Below the pieces are notes generated by a model. That model did no database searches. It was not told where the DNA came from and worked only from the letters and a program-made list of their open reading frames with translations. Of a stretch of DNA of 64,000 nucleotides, positions 41,001-53,700 are shown in pieces (position 1 is the first letter of the stretch; each line of letters starts with the position of its first letter). This DNA is from Eledone cirrhosa (taxonomy: Eukaryota), in NCBI GenBank assembly GCA_964016885.1, contig OZ024745.1, positions 4,774,001 to 4,838,000 of the forward strand, in the 5' to 3' direction. The position numbers were made by a program, and so were the translations under genes.

Positions 41001-41730
41001 TCTTCAGTATCCTAGTACTGTACAGTCGAGTGTCTTCAGTACCCTAGTAGTGTACAACTGGCTTCAGTACCCTAGTAGTGTACAACTGTCTTCAGTACCC
41101 TAGGAGTGTTCAGTTGAGATTCTTCAGTACCCTAGTAGTTTACAACTGTTTTCAGTACCCCAGTAGTGTACAACTGTCTTCAGTACCCTAGTAGTGTACA
41201 GTTGAGAGTCTTCAGTACCCTAGTAGTGTACAACTGTCTTCAGTACCCTAATAGTGTACAGTTGAGAGTATTCAGTACCCCAGTAGTGTACAACTGTCTT
41301 CAGTACCCTAGTAGTGTACAGTTGAGTGTCTTCAGCACCCTACTAGTGTACAACTGGCCTCAGTACCCTAGTAGTGTACAACTGTCTTCAGTACCCTTGT
41401 AGTGTACAACTGTCTTCAGTACCCTAGTAGTGTACAGTTGAGAGTCTTCAGTACCCTAGTACTGTACAGTTGAGAGTCTTCAGTACCCTAATAGTGTACA
41501 GTTGAGTGTCTTCAGTACCCTAGTAGTGTACAACTGTCTTCAGTACCCTAGTAGTGTACAGTTGAGTTTTCAGTACCCTAGTAGTGTACAGTTGAGAGTC
41601 TTCAGTACCCTAGTAGTGTACAACTGTCTTCAGTACCCTAGTAGTGTACAACTGTCTTCAGTACCCTAATAGTGTACAGTTGAGTGTCTTCAGTACCCTG
41701 GCAGTGTACAGTTGAGTGTCTTCAGTACCC
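38030..41730 (+). repeat. Tandem duplication of ~1.85 kb, preceded by a 480-bp local duplication
   Basis: TGCCTT at 37681, 38161 (offset 480) and 40015 (offset 1854). TAGGAG at 39251/41101. ORF pair 39316/41166 (offset 1850). Confidence 0.85.
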
Positions 41731-41749
41731 TAGTAGTGTACAACTGGCT

Positions 41750-44700
41750 TCAGTACCCTAGTAGTGTACAACTGTCTTCAGTACCCTAGTAGTGTACAGT
41801 TGAGAGTATTCAGTAGCCTAGTAGTGTACAACTGTCTTCAGTACCCTAGTAGTGTACAACTGTCTTCAGTACCCTAGTAGTGTACAACTGTCTTCAGTAG
41901 CCTAGTAGTGTACAACTGTCTTCAGTACCCTAGTAGTGTACAACTGTCTTCAGTACCCTAGTAGTGTACAGTTGAGTGTCTTCAGTACCCTGGTAGTGTA
42001 CAACTGTCTTCAGTACCCTAGTAGTGTACAGCTGAGAGTCTTCAGTACCCTAGTAGTGTACAACTGTCGTCAGTACCCTAGTAGTGTACAACTGGCTTCA
42101 GTACCCTAGTAGTATACAGTTGAGAGTTTTCAGTACCCTAGTAGTGTACAGTTGAGAGTCTTCAGTACCCTAGTAGTGTACAACTGGCTTCAGTACCCTA
42201 GTAGTGTACAACTGCCTTCAGTACCCTAGTAGTGTACAGTTGAGAGTATTCAGTAGCCTAGTAGTGTACAACTGTCTTCAGTACCCTAGTAGTGTACAAC
42301 TGTCTTCAGTACCCTAGTAGTGTACAACTGGCTTCAGTACCCTAGTAGTGTACAACTGTCTTCAGTACCCTAGTAGTGTACAGTTGAGTGTCTTCAGTAG
42401 CCTAGTAGTGTACAACTGTCTTCAGTACCCTAGTAGTGTACAGTTGAGAGTCTTCAGTACTCTAGTAGTGTACAGTTGAGAATCTTCAGTACTCTAGTAG
42501 TGTACAACAGTCTTCAGTACCCTAATAGTGTACAGTTGAGAGTATTCAGTACCCTCATAGTGTACAACTGTCTTCAGTACCCTAGTAATGTACAACTGTC
42601 TTCAGTACTCTAGTAGTGTACAGTTGAGAGTCTTCAGTACTCTAGTAGTGTACAGTTGAGAGTCTTCAGTACCCTAGTACTGTACAACTGTCTTCAGTAC
42701 CCTAGTAGTGTACAGTTGAGAGTCTTCAGTACCCTAGTAGTGTACAACTGTCTTCAGTACCCTAGTAGTGTACAACTGTCTTCAGTACCCTAGTAGTGTA
42801 CAGTTGAGTATCTTCAGTACCCTGGCAGTGTACAGTTGAGTGTCTTCAGTACCCTAGTAGTGTACAACTGGCTTCAGTACCCTAGTAGTGTACAACTGTC
42901 TTCAGTACTCTAGTAGTGTACAGTTGAGAGTCTTCAGTACCCTAGTACTGTACAACTGTCTTCAGTACCCTAGTAGTGTACAGTTGAGAGTCTTCAGTAC
43001 CCTAGTAGTGTACAACTGTCTTCAGTACCCTAGTAGTGTACAACTGTCTTCAGTACCCTAGTAGTGTACAACTGTCTTCAGTACCCTAGTAGTGTACAGT
43101 TGAGTGTCTTCAGTACCCTGGCAGTGTACAGTTGAGTGTCTTCAGTACCCTAGTAGTGTACAACTGGCTTCAGTACCCTAGTAGTGTACAACTGTCTTCA
43201 GTACCCTAGTAGTGTACAGTTGAGAGTATTCAGTAGCCTAGTAGTGTACAACTGTCTTCAGTACCCTAGTAGTGTACAACTGTCTTCAGTACCCTAGTAG
43301 TGTACAACTGGCTTCAGTACCCTAGTAGTGTACAACTGTCTTCAGTACCCTAGTAGTGTACAGTTGAGAGTATTCAGTAGCCTAGTAGTGTACAAGTGTC
43401 TTCAGTACCCTAGTAGTGTACAACTGTCTTCAGTACCCTGGCAGTGTACAACTGGCTTCAGTACCCTAGTAGTGTACAACTGTCTTCAGTACCCTAGTAG
43501 TGTACAGTTGAGTGTCTTCAGTAGCCTAGTAGTGTACAACTGTCTTCAGTACCCTAGTAGTGTGCAGTTAGGTCTCTTCAGTACCCTAGTAGTGTACAGT
43601 TGAGTGTCTTCAGTACCGTATTAGTGTACAACTGGCTTCAGTACCCTAGTTGTGTACAACTGTATTCAGTACCCTAGTAGTGTACAACTGGCTTCGGTAC
43701 CCTAGTAGTGTACAACTGTCTTCAGTACCCTAGTAGTGTACAGTTGAGTGTCTTCAGTACCCTAGTAGTGTACAACTGGCTTCAGTACCCTAGTAGTGTA
43801 CAACTGTCTTCAGTACCCTAGTAGTGTACAACTGTCTTCAGTACCCTAGTAGTGTACAGTTGAGTGTCTTCAGTAACCTAGTAGTGTACAACTGTCTTCA
43901 GTACCCTAGTAGTGTACAACTGTCTTCAGTACCCTAGTAGTGTACAGTTGAGTGTCTTCAGTACCCTGGTAGTGTACAACTGTCTTCAGTACCCTAGTAG
44001 TGTACAGTTGAGAGTCTTCAGTACCCTAGTAGTGTACAGTTGAGAGTCTTCAGTACCCTAGTAGTGTACAACTGTCGTCAGTACCCTAGTAGTGTACAAC
44101 TGTCTTCAGTACCCTAGTAGTGTACAATTGAGAGTCTTCAGTACCCTAGTAGTGTACAGTTGAGTCTTCAGTACCCTAGTAGTGTACAGTTGAGTGTCTT
44201 CAGTACCCTAGTAGTGTACAACTGGCTTCAGTAACCTAGTAGTATACAGTTGAGTCTTCAGTAACCTAGTAGTGTACAACTGTCTTCAGTACCCTAGTAG
44301 TGTTCAACTGTCTTCAGTATCCTAGTACTGTACAGTCGAGTGTCTTCAGTACCCTAGTAGTGTACAACTGGCTTCAGTACCCTAGTAGTGTACAACTGTC
44401 TTCAGTACCCTAGGAGTGTTCAGTTGAGATTCTTCAGTACCCTAGTAGTTTACAACTGTTTTCAGTACCCCAGTAGTGTACAACTGTCTTCAGTACCCTA
44501 GTAGTGTACAGTTGAGAGTCTTCAGTACCCTATTAGTGTACAACTGTCTTCAGTACCCTAATAGTGTACAGTTGAGAGTATTCAGTACCCTAGTAGTGTA
44601 CAACTGTCTTCAGTACCCTACTAGTGTACAGTTGAGTGTCTTCAGCACCCTACTAGTGTACAACTGGCCTCAGTACCCTACTAGTGTACAGTTGAGTGTC

Positions 44701-47700
44701 TTCAGCACCCTACTAGTGTACAACTGTCTTCAGTACCCTTGTAGTGTACGACTGTCTTCAGTACCCTAGTAGTGTACAGTTGAGAGTCTTCAGTACCCTA
44801 GTACTGTACAGTTGAGAGTCTTCAGTACCCTAATAGTGTACAGTTGAGTGTCTTCAGTACCCTAGTAGTGTACAACTGTCTTCAGTACCCTAGTAGTGTA
44901 CAACTGTCTTCAGTACCCTAGTAGTGTACAGTTGAGTTTTCAGTACCCTAGTAGTGTACAGTTGAGAGTCTTCAGTACCCTAGTAGTGTACAACTGTCTT
45001 CAGTACCCTAGTAGTGTACAACTGTCTTCAGTACCCTAGTAGTGTACAGTTGAGTGTCTTCAGTACCCTGGCAGTGTACAGTTGAGTGTCTTCAGTACCC
45101 TAGTAGTGTACAACTGTCTTCAGTACCCTAGTAGTGTACAGTTGAGAGTATTCAGTAGCCTAGTAGTGTACAACTGTCTTCAGTACCCTAGTAGTGTACA
45201 ACTGTCTTCAGTACCCTAGTAGTGTACAACTGTCTTCAGTAGCCTAGTAGTGTACAACTGTCTTCAGTACCCTAGTAGTGTACAACTGTCTTCAGTACCC
45301 TAGTAGTGTACAGTTGAGTGTCTTCAGTACCCTGGTAGTGTACAACTGTCTTCAGTACCCTAGTAGTGTACAGTTGAGAGTCTTCAGTACCCTAGTAGTG
45401 TACAACTGTCGTCAGTACCCTAGTAGTGTACAACTGTCTTCTGTATCCTAGTAGTGTACAGTTGAGAGTCTTCAGTACCCTAGTAGTGTACAACTGGCTT
45501 CAGTACCCTAGTAGTATACAGTTGAGAGTTTTCAGTACCCTAGTAGTGTACAGTTGAGAGTCTTCAGTACCCTAGTAGTGTACAACTGGCTTCAGTACCC
45601 TAGTAGTGTACAACTGCCTTCAGTACCCTAGTAGTGTACAGTTGAGAGTATTCAGTAGCCTAGTAGTGTACAACTGTCTTCAGTACCCTAGTAGTGTACA
45701 ACTGTCTTCAGTACCCTAGTAGTGTACAACTGGCTTCAGTACCCTAGTAGTGTACAACTGTCTTCAGTACCCTAGTAGTGTACAGTTGAGTGTCTTCAGT
45801 AGCCTAGTAGTGTACAACTGTCTTCAGTACCCTAGTAGTGTACAGTTGAGAGTCTTCAGTACTCTAGTAGTGTACAGTTGAGAGTCTTCAGTACCCTAGT
45901 AGTGTACAACTGTCTTCAGTACCCTAATAGTGTACAGTTGAGAGTATTCAGTACCCTAGTAGTGTACAACTGTCTTCAGTACCCTAGTAATGTACAACTG
46001 TCTTCAGTACCCTAGTAGTGTACAGTTGAGAGTCTTCAGTACTCTAGTAGTGTACAGTTGAGAGTCTTCAGTACCCTAGTACTGTACAACTGTCTTCAGT
46101 ACCCTAGTAGTGTACAGTTGAGAGTCTTCAGTACCCTAGTAGTGTACAACTGTCTTCAGTACCCTAGTAGTGTACAACTGTCTTCAGTACCCTAGTAGTG
46201 TACAGTTGAGTATCTTCAGTACCCTGGCAGTGTACAGTTGAGTGTCTTCAGTACCCTAGTAGTGTACAACTGGCTTCAGTACCCTAGTAGTGTACAACTG
46301 TCTTCAGTACTCTAGTAGTGTACAGTTGAGAGTCTTCAGTACCCTAGTACTGTACAACTGTCTTCAGTACCCTAGTAGTGTACAGTTGAGAGTCTTCAGT
46401 ACCCTAGTAGTGTACAACTGTCTTCAGTACCCTAGTAGTGTACAACTGTCTTCAGTACCCTAGTAGTGTACAGTTGAGTGTCTTCAGTACCCTGGCAGTG
46501 TACAGTTGAGTGTCTTCAGTACCCTAGTAGTGTACAACTGGCTTCAGTACCCTAGTAGTGTACAACTGTCTTCAGTACCCTAGTAGTGTACAGTTGAGAG
46601 TATTCAGTAGCCTAGTAGTGTACAACTGTCTTCAGTACCCTAGTAGTGTACAACTGTCTTCAGTACCCTAGTAGTGTACAACTGGCTTCAGTACCCTAGT
46701 AGTGTACAACTGTCTTCAGTACCCTAGTAGTGTACAGTTGAGAGTATTCAGTAGCCTAGTAGTGTACAAGTGTCTTCAGTACCCTAGTAGTGTACAACTG
46801 TCTTCAGTACCCTAGTAGTGTACAACTGGCTTCTGTACCCTAGTAGTGTACAACTGTCTTCAGTACCCTAGTAGTGTACAGTTGAGTGTCTTCAGTAGCC
46901 TAGTAGTGTACAACTGTCTTCAGTACCCTAGTAGTGTACAGTTGAGAGTCTTCAGTACTCTAGTAGTGTACAGTTGAGAGTCTTCAGTACCCTAGTACTG
47001 TACAACTGTCTTCAGTACCCTAGTAGTGTACAGTTGAGAGTATTCAGTAGCCTAGTAGTGTACAACTGTCTTCAGTACCCTAGTAGTGTACAACTGTCTT
47101 CAGTACCCTAGTAGTGTACAGTTGAGTGTCTTCAGTACCCTGGTAGTGTACAACTGTCTTCAGTACCCTAGTAGTGTACAGTTGAGAGTCTTCAGTACCC
47201 TAGTAGTGTACAACTGTCGTCAGTACCCTAGTAGTGTACAACTGTCTTCAGTATCCTAGCAGTGTACAGTTGAGAGTCTTCGGTACCCTACTAGTGTACA
47301 ACTGGCTTCAGTACCCTAGTAGTATACAGTTGAGAGTTTTCAGTACCCTAGTAGTGTACAGTTGAGAGTCTTCAGTACCCTAGTAGTGTACAACTGGCTT
47401 CAGTACCCTAGTAGTATACAGTTGAGTCTTCAGTGCCCTAGTAGTGTATAGTTGAGTGTCTTCAGTACCCTAGGAGTGTTCAGTTGAGCTTCTTCAGTAC
47501 CCTAGTAGTTTACAACTGTTTTCAGTACCCCAGTAGTGTACAACTGTCTTCAGTACCCTAGTAGTGTACAGTTGAGTGTCTTCAGTACCCTAGTAGTGTA
47601 CAACTGTCTTCAGTACCCTAATAGTGTACAGTTGAGAGTATTCAGTACCCTAGTAGTGTACAACTGTCTTCAGTACCCTAGTAATGTACAACTGTCTTCA

Positions 47701-50700
47701 GTACCCTAGTAGTGTACAGTTGAGAGTCTTCAGTACTCTAGTAGTGTACAGTTGAGAGTCTTCAGTACCCTAGTACTGTACAACTGTCTTCAGTACCCTA
47801 GTAGTGTACAGTTGAGAGTCTTCAGTACCCTAGTAGTGTACAACTGTCTTCAGTACCCTAGTAGTGTACAACTGTCTTCAGTACCCTAGTAGTCTACAGT
47901 TGAGTGTCTTCAGTACCCTGGCAGTGTACAGTTGAGTATCTTCAGTACCCTAGTAGTGTACAACTGGCTTCAGTACCCTAGTAGTGTACAACTGTCTTCA
48001 GTACCCTAGTAGTGTACAACTGTCTTCAGTACCCTAGTAGTGTACAACTGTCTTCAGTACCCCAGTAGTGTACAACTGTCTTCAGTACCCTAGTAGTGTA
48101 CAGTTGAGAGTATTCAGTAGCCTAGTAGTGTACAACTGTCTTCAGTACCCTAGTAGTGTACAACTGGCTTCAGTACCCTAGTAGTGTACAACTGTCTTCA
48201 GTACCCTAGTAGTGTACAGTTGAGTGTCTTCAGTAGCCTAGTAGTGTACAACTGTCTTCAGTACCCCAGTAGTGTACAACTGTCTTCAGTACCCTAGTAG
48301 TGTACAGTTGAGAGTATTCAGTAGCCTAGTAGTGTACAACTGTCTTCAGTACCCTAGTAGTGTACAACTGTCTTCAGTACCCTAGTAGTGTACAACTGTC
48401 TTCAGTAGCCTAGTAGTGTACAACTGTCTTCAGTACCCTAGTAGTGTACAACTGTCTTCAGTAGCCTAGTAGTGTACAACTGTCTTCAGTACCCTAGTAG
48501 TGTACAACTGTCTTCAGTACCCTAGTAGTGTACAACTGTCTTCAGTACCCTAGTAGTGTACAGTTGAGTGTCTTCAGTACCCTGGCAGTGTACAGTTGAG
48601 TGTCTTCAGTACCCTAGTAGTGTACAACTGTCTTCAGTACCCTAGTAGTGTACAGTTGAGAGTATTCAGTAGCCTAGTAGTGTACAACTGTCTTCAGTAC
48701 CCTAGTAGTGTACAACTGTCTTCAGTACCCTAGTAGTGTACAACTGTCTTCAGTAGCCTAGTAGTGTACAACTGTCTTCAGTACCCTAGTAGTGTACAAC
48801 TGTCTTCAGTACCCTAGTAGTGTACAGTTGAGTGTCTTCAGTACCCTGGTAGTGTACAACTGTCTTCAGTACCCTAGTAGTGTACAGTTGAGAGTCTTCA
48901 GTACCCTAGTAGTGTACAACTGTCGTCAGTACCCTAGTAGTGTACAACTGTCTTCAGTATCCTAGTAGTGTACAGTTGAGAGTCTTCAGTACCCTAGTAG
49001 TGTACAACTGGCTTCAGTACCCTAGTAGTATACAGTTGAGAGTTTTCAGTACCCTAGTAGTGTACAGTTGAGAGTCTTCAGTACCCTAGTAGTGTACAAC
49101 TGGCTTCAGTACCCTAGTAGTGTACAACTGCCTTCAGTACCCTAGTAGTGTACAGTTGAGAGTATTCAGTAGCCTAGTAGTGTACAACTGTCTTCAGTAC
49201 CCTAGTAGTGTACAACTGTCTTCAGTACCCTAGTAGTGTACAACTGGCTTCAGTACCCTAGTAGTGTACAACTGTCTTCAGTACCCTAGTAGTGTACAGT
49301 TGAGTGTCTTCAGTAGCCTAGTAGTGTACAACTGTCTTCAGTACCCTAGTAGTGTACAGTTGAGAGTCTTCAGTACTCTAGTAGTGTACAGTTGAGAGTC
49401 TTCAGTACCCTAGTAGTGTACAACTGTCTTCAGTACCCTAATAGTGTACAGTTGAGAGTATTCAGTACCCTAGTAGTGTACAACTGTCTTCAGTACCCTA
49501 GTAATGTACAACTGTCTTCAGTACCCTAGTAGTGTACAGTTGAGAGTCTTCAGTACTCTAGTAGTGTACAGTTGAGAGTCTTCAGTACCCTAGTACTGTA
49601 CAACTGTCTTCAGTACCCTAGTAGTGTACAGTTGAGAGTCTTCAGTACCCTAGTAGTGTACAACTGTCTTCAGTACCCTAGTAGTGTACAACTGTCTTCA
49701 GTACCCTAGTAGTGTACAGTTGAGTATCTTCAGTACCCTGGCAGTGTACAGTTGAGTGTCTTCAGTACCCTAGTAGTGTACAACTGGCTTCAGTACCCTA
49801 GTAGTGTACAACTGTCTTCAGTACTCTAGTAGTGTACAGTTGAGAGTCTTCAGTACCCTAGTACTGTACAACTGTCTTCAGTACCCTAGTAGTGTACAGT
49901 TGAGAGTCTTCAGTACCCTAGTAGTGTACAACTGTCTTCAGTACCCTAGTAGTGTACAACTGTCTTCAGTACCCTAGTAGTGTACAGTTGAGTGTCTTCA
50001 GTACCCTGGCAGTGTACAGTTGAGTGTCTTCAGTACCCTAGTAGTGTACAACTGGCTTCAGTACCCTAGTAGTGTACAACTGTCTTCAGTACCCTAGTAG
50101 TGTACAGTTGAGAGTATTCAGTAGCCTAGTAGTGTACAACTGTCTTCAGTACCCTAGTAGTGTACAACTGTCTTCAGTACCCTAGTAGTGTACAACTGGC
50201 TTCAGTACCCTAGTAGTGTACAACTGTCTTCAGTACCCTAGTAGTGTACAGTTGAGAGTATTCAGTAGCCTAGTAGTGTACAAGTGTCTTCAGTACCCTA
50301 GTAGTGTACAACTGTCTTCAGTACCCTAGTAGTGTACAACTGGCTTCTGTACCCTAGTAGTGTACAACTGTCTTCAGTACCCTAGTAGTGTACAGTTGAG
50401 TGTCTTCAGTAGCCTAGTAGTGTACAACTGTCTTCAGTACCCTAGTAGTGTACAGTTGAGAGTCTTCAGTACTCTAGTAGTGTACAGTTGAGAGTCTTCA
50501 GTACCCTAGTACTGTACAACTGTCTTCAGTACCCTAGTAGTGTACAGTTGAGAGTATTCAGTAGCCTAGTAGTGTACAACTGTCTTCAGTACCCTAGTAG
50601 TGTACAACTGTCTTCAGTACCCTAGTAGTGTACAGTTGAGTGTCTTCAGTACCCTGGTAGTGTACAACTGTCTTCAGTACCCTAGTAGTGTACAGTTGAG

Positions 50701-53700
50701 AGTCTTCAGTACCCTAGTAGTGTACAACTGTCGTCAGTACCCTAGTAGTGTACAACTGTCTTCAGTATCCTAGCAGTGTACAGTTGAGAGTCTTCGGTAC
50801 CCTACTAGTGTACAACTGGCTTCAGTACCCTAGTAGTATACAGTTGAGAGTTTTCAGTACCCTAGTAGTGTACAGTTGAGAGTCTTCAGTACCCTAGTAG
50901 TGTACAACTGGCTTCAGTACCCTAGTAGTATACAGTTGAGTCTTCAGTGCCCTAGTAGTGTATAGTTGAGTGTCTTCAGTACCCTAGGAGTGTTCAGTTG
51001 AGCTTCTTCAGTACCCTAGTAGTTTACAACTGTTTTCAGTACCCCAGTAGTGTACAACTGTCTTCAGTACCCTAGTAGTGTACAGTTGAGTGTCTTCAGT
51101 ACCCTAGTAGTGTACAACTGTCTTCAGTACCCTAATAGTGTACAGTTGAGAGTATTCAGTACCCTAGTAGTGTACAACTGTCTTCAGTACCCTAGTAATG
51201 TACAACTGTCTTCAGTACCCTAGTAGTGTACAGTTGAGAGTCTTCAGTACTCTAGTAGTGTACAGTTGAGAGTCTTCAGTACCCTAGTACTGTACAACTG
51301 TCTTCAGTACCCTAGTAGTGTACAGTTGAGAGTCTTCAGTACCCTAGTAGTGTACAACTGTCTTCAGTACCCTAGTAGTGTACAACTGTCTTCAGTACCC
51401 TAGTAGTCTACAGTTGAGTGTCTTCAGTACCCTGGCAGTGTACAGTTGAGTATCTTCAGTACCCTAGTAGTGTACAACTGGCTTCAGTACCCTAGTAGTG
51501 TACAACTGTCTTCAGTACCCTAGTAGTGTACAACTGTCTTCAGTACCCTAGTAGTGTACAACTGTCTTCAGTACCCCAGTAGTGTACAACTGTCTTCAGT
51601 ACCCTAGTAGTGTACAGTTGAGAGTATTCAGTAGCCTAGTAGTGTACAACTGTCTTCAGTACCCTAGTAGTGTACAACTGGCTTCAGTACCCTAGTAGTG
51701 TACAACTGTCTTCAGTACCCTAGTAGTGTACAGTTGAGTGTCTTCAGTAGCCTAGTAGTGTACAACTGTCTTCAGTACCCCAGTAGTGTACAACTGTCTT
51801 CAGTACCCTAGTAGTGTACAGTTGAGAGTATTCAGTAGCCTAGTAGTGTACAACTGTCTTCAGTACCCTAGTAGTGTACAACTGTCTTCAGTACCCTAGT
51901 AGTGTACAACTGTCTTCAGTAGCCTAGTAGTGTACAACTGTCTTCAGTACCCTAGTAGTGTACAACTGTCTTCAGTACCCTAGTAGTGTACAGTTGAGTG
52001 TCTTCAGTACCCTGGTAGTGTACAACTGTCTTCAGTACCCTAGTAGTGTACAGCTGAGAGTCTTCAGTACCCTAGTAGTGTACAACTGTCGTCAGTACCC
52101 TAGTAGTGTACAACTGGCTTCAGTACCCTAGTAGTATACAGTTGAGAGTTTTCAGTACCCTAGTAGTGTACAGTTGAGAGTCTTCAGTACCTTAGTAGTG
52201 TACAACTGGCTTCAGTACCCTAGTAGTGTACAACTGCCTTCAGTACCCTAGTAGTGTACAGTTGAGAGTATTCAGTAGCCTAGTAGTGTACAACTGTCTT
52301 CAGTACCCTAGTAGTGTACAACTGTCTTCAGTACCCTAGTAGTGTACAACTGGCTTCAGTACCCTAGTAGTGTACAACTGTCTTCAGTACCCTAGTAGTG
52401 TACAGTTGAGTGTCTTCAGTAGCCTAGTAGTGTACAACTGTCTTCAGTACCCTAGTAGTGTACAGTTGAGAGTCTTCAGTACTCTAGTAGTGTACAGTTG
52501 AGAATCTTCAGTACTCTAGTAGTGTACAACAGTCTTCAGTACCCTAATAGTGTACAGTTGAGAGTATTCAGTACCCTCATAGTGTACAACTGTCTTCAGT
52601 ACCCTAGTAATGTACAACTGTCTTCAGTACCCTAGTAGTGTACAGTTGAGAGTCTTCAGTACTCTAGTAGTGTACAGTTGAGAGTCTTCAGTACCCTAGT
52701 ACTGTACAACTGTCTTCAGTACCCTAGTAGTGTACAGTTGAGAGTCTTCAGTACCCTAGTAGTGTACAACTGTCTTCAGTACCCTAGTAGTGTACAACTG
52801 TCTTCAGTACCCTAGTAGTGTACAGTTGAGTATCTTCAGTACCCTGGCAGTGTACAGTTGAGTGTCTTCAGTACCCTAGTAGTGTACAACTGGCTTCAGT
52901 ACCCTAGTAGTGTACAACTGTCTTCAGTACTCTAGTAGTGTACAGTTGAGAGTCTTCAGTACCCTAGTACTGTACAACTGTCTTCAGTACCCTAGTAGTG
53001 TACAGTTGAGAGTCTTCAGTACCCTAATAGTGTACAACTGTCTTCAGTACCCTAGTAGTGTACAACTGTCTTCAGTACCCTAGTAGTGTACAGTTGAGTG
53101 TCTTCAGTACCCTGGCAGTGTACAGTTGAGTGTCTTCAGTACCCTAGTAGTGTACAACTGGCTTCAGTACCCTAGTAGTGTACAACTGTCTTCAGTACCC
53201 TAGTAGTGTACAGTTGAGAGTATTCAGTAGCCTAGTAGTGTACAACTGTCTTCAGTACCCTAGTAGTGTACAACTGTCTTCAGTACCCTAGTAGTGTACA
53301 ACTGGCTTCAGTACCCTAGTAGTGTACAACTGTCTTCAGTACCCTAGTAGTGTACAGTTGAGAGTATTCAGTAGCTTAGTAGTGTACAAGTGTCTTCAGT
53401 ACCCTAGTAGTGTACAACTGTCTTCAGTACCCTGGCAGTGTACAACTGGCTTCAGTACCCTAGTAGTGTACAACTGTCTTCAGTACCCTAGTAGTGTACA
53501 GTTGAGTGTCTTCAGTAGCCTAGTAGTGTACAACTGTCTTCAGTACCCTAGTAGTGTGCAGTTAGGTCTCTTCAGTACCCTAGTAGTGTACAGTTGAGTG
53601 TCTTCAGTACCGTATTAGTGTACAACTGGCTTCAGTACCCTAGTTGTGTACAACTGTATTCAGTACCCTAGTAGTGTACAACTGGCTTCGGTACCCTAGT

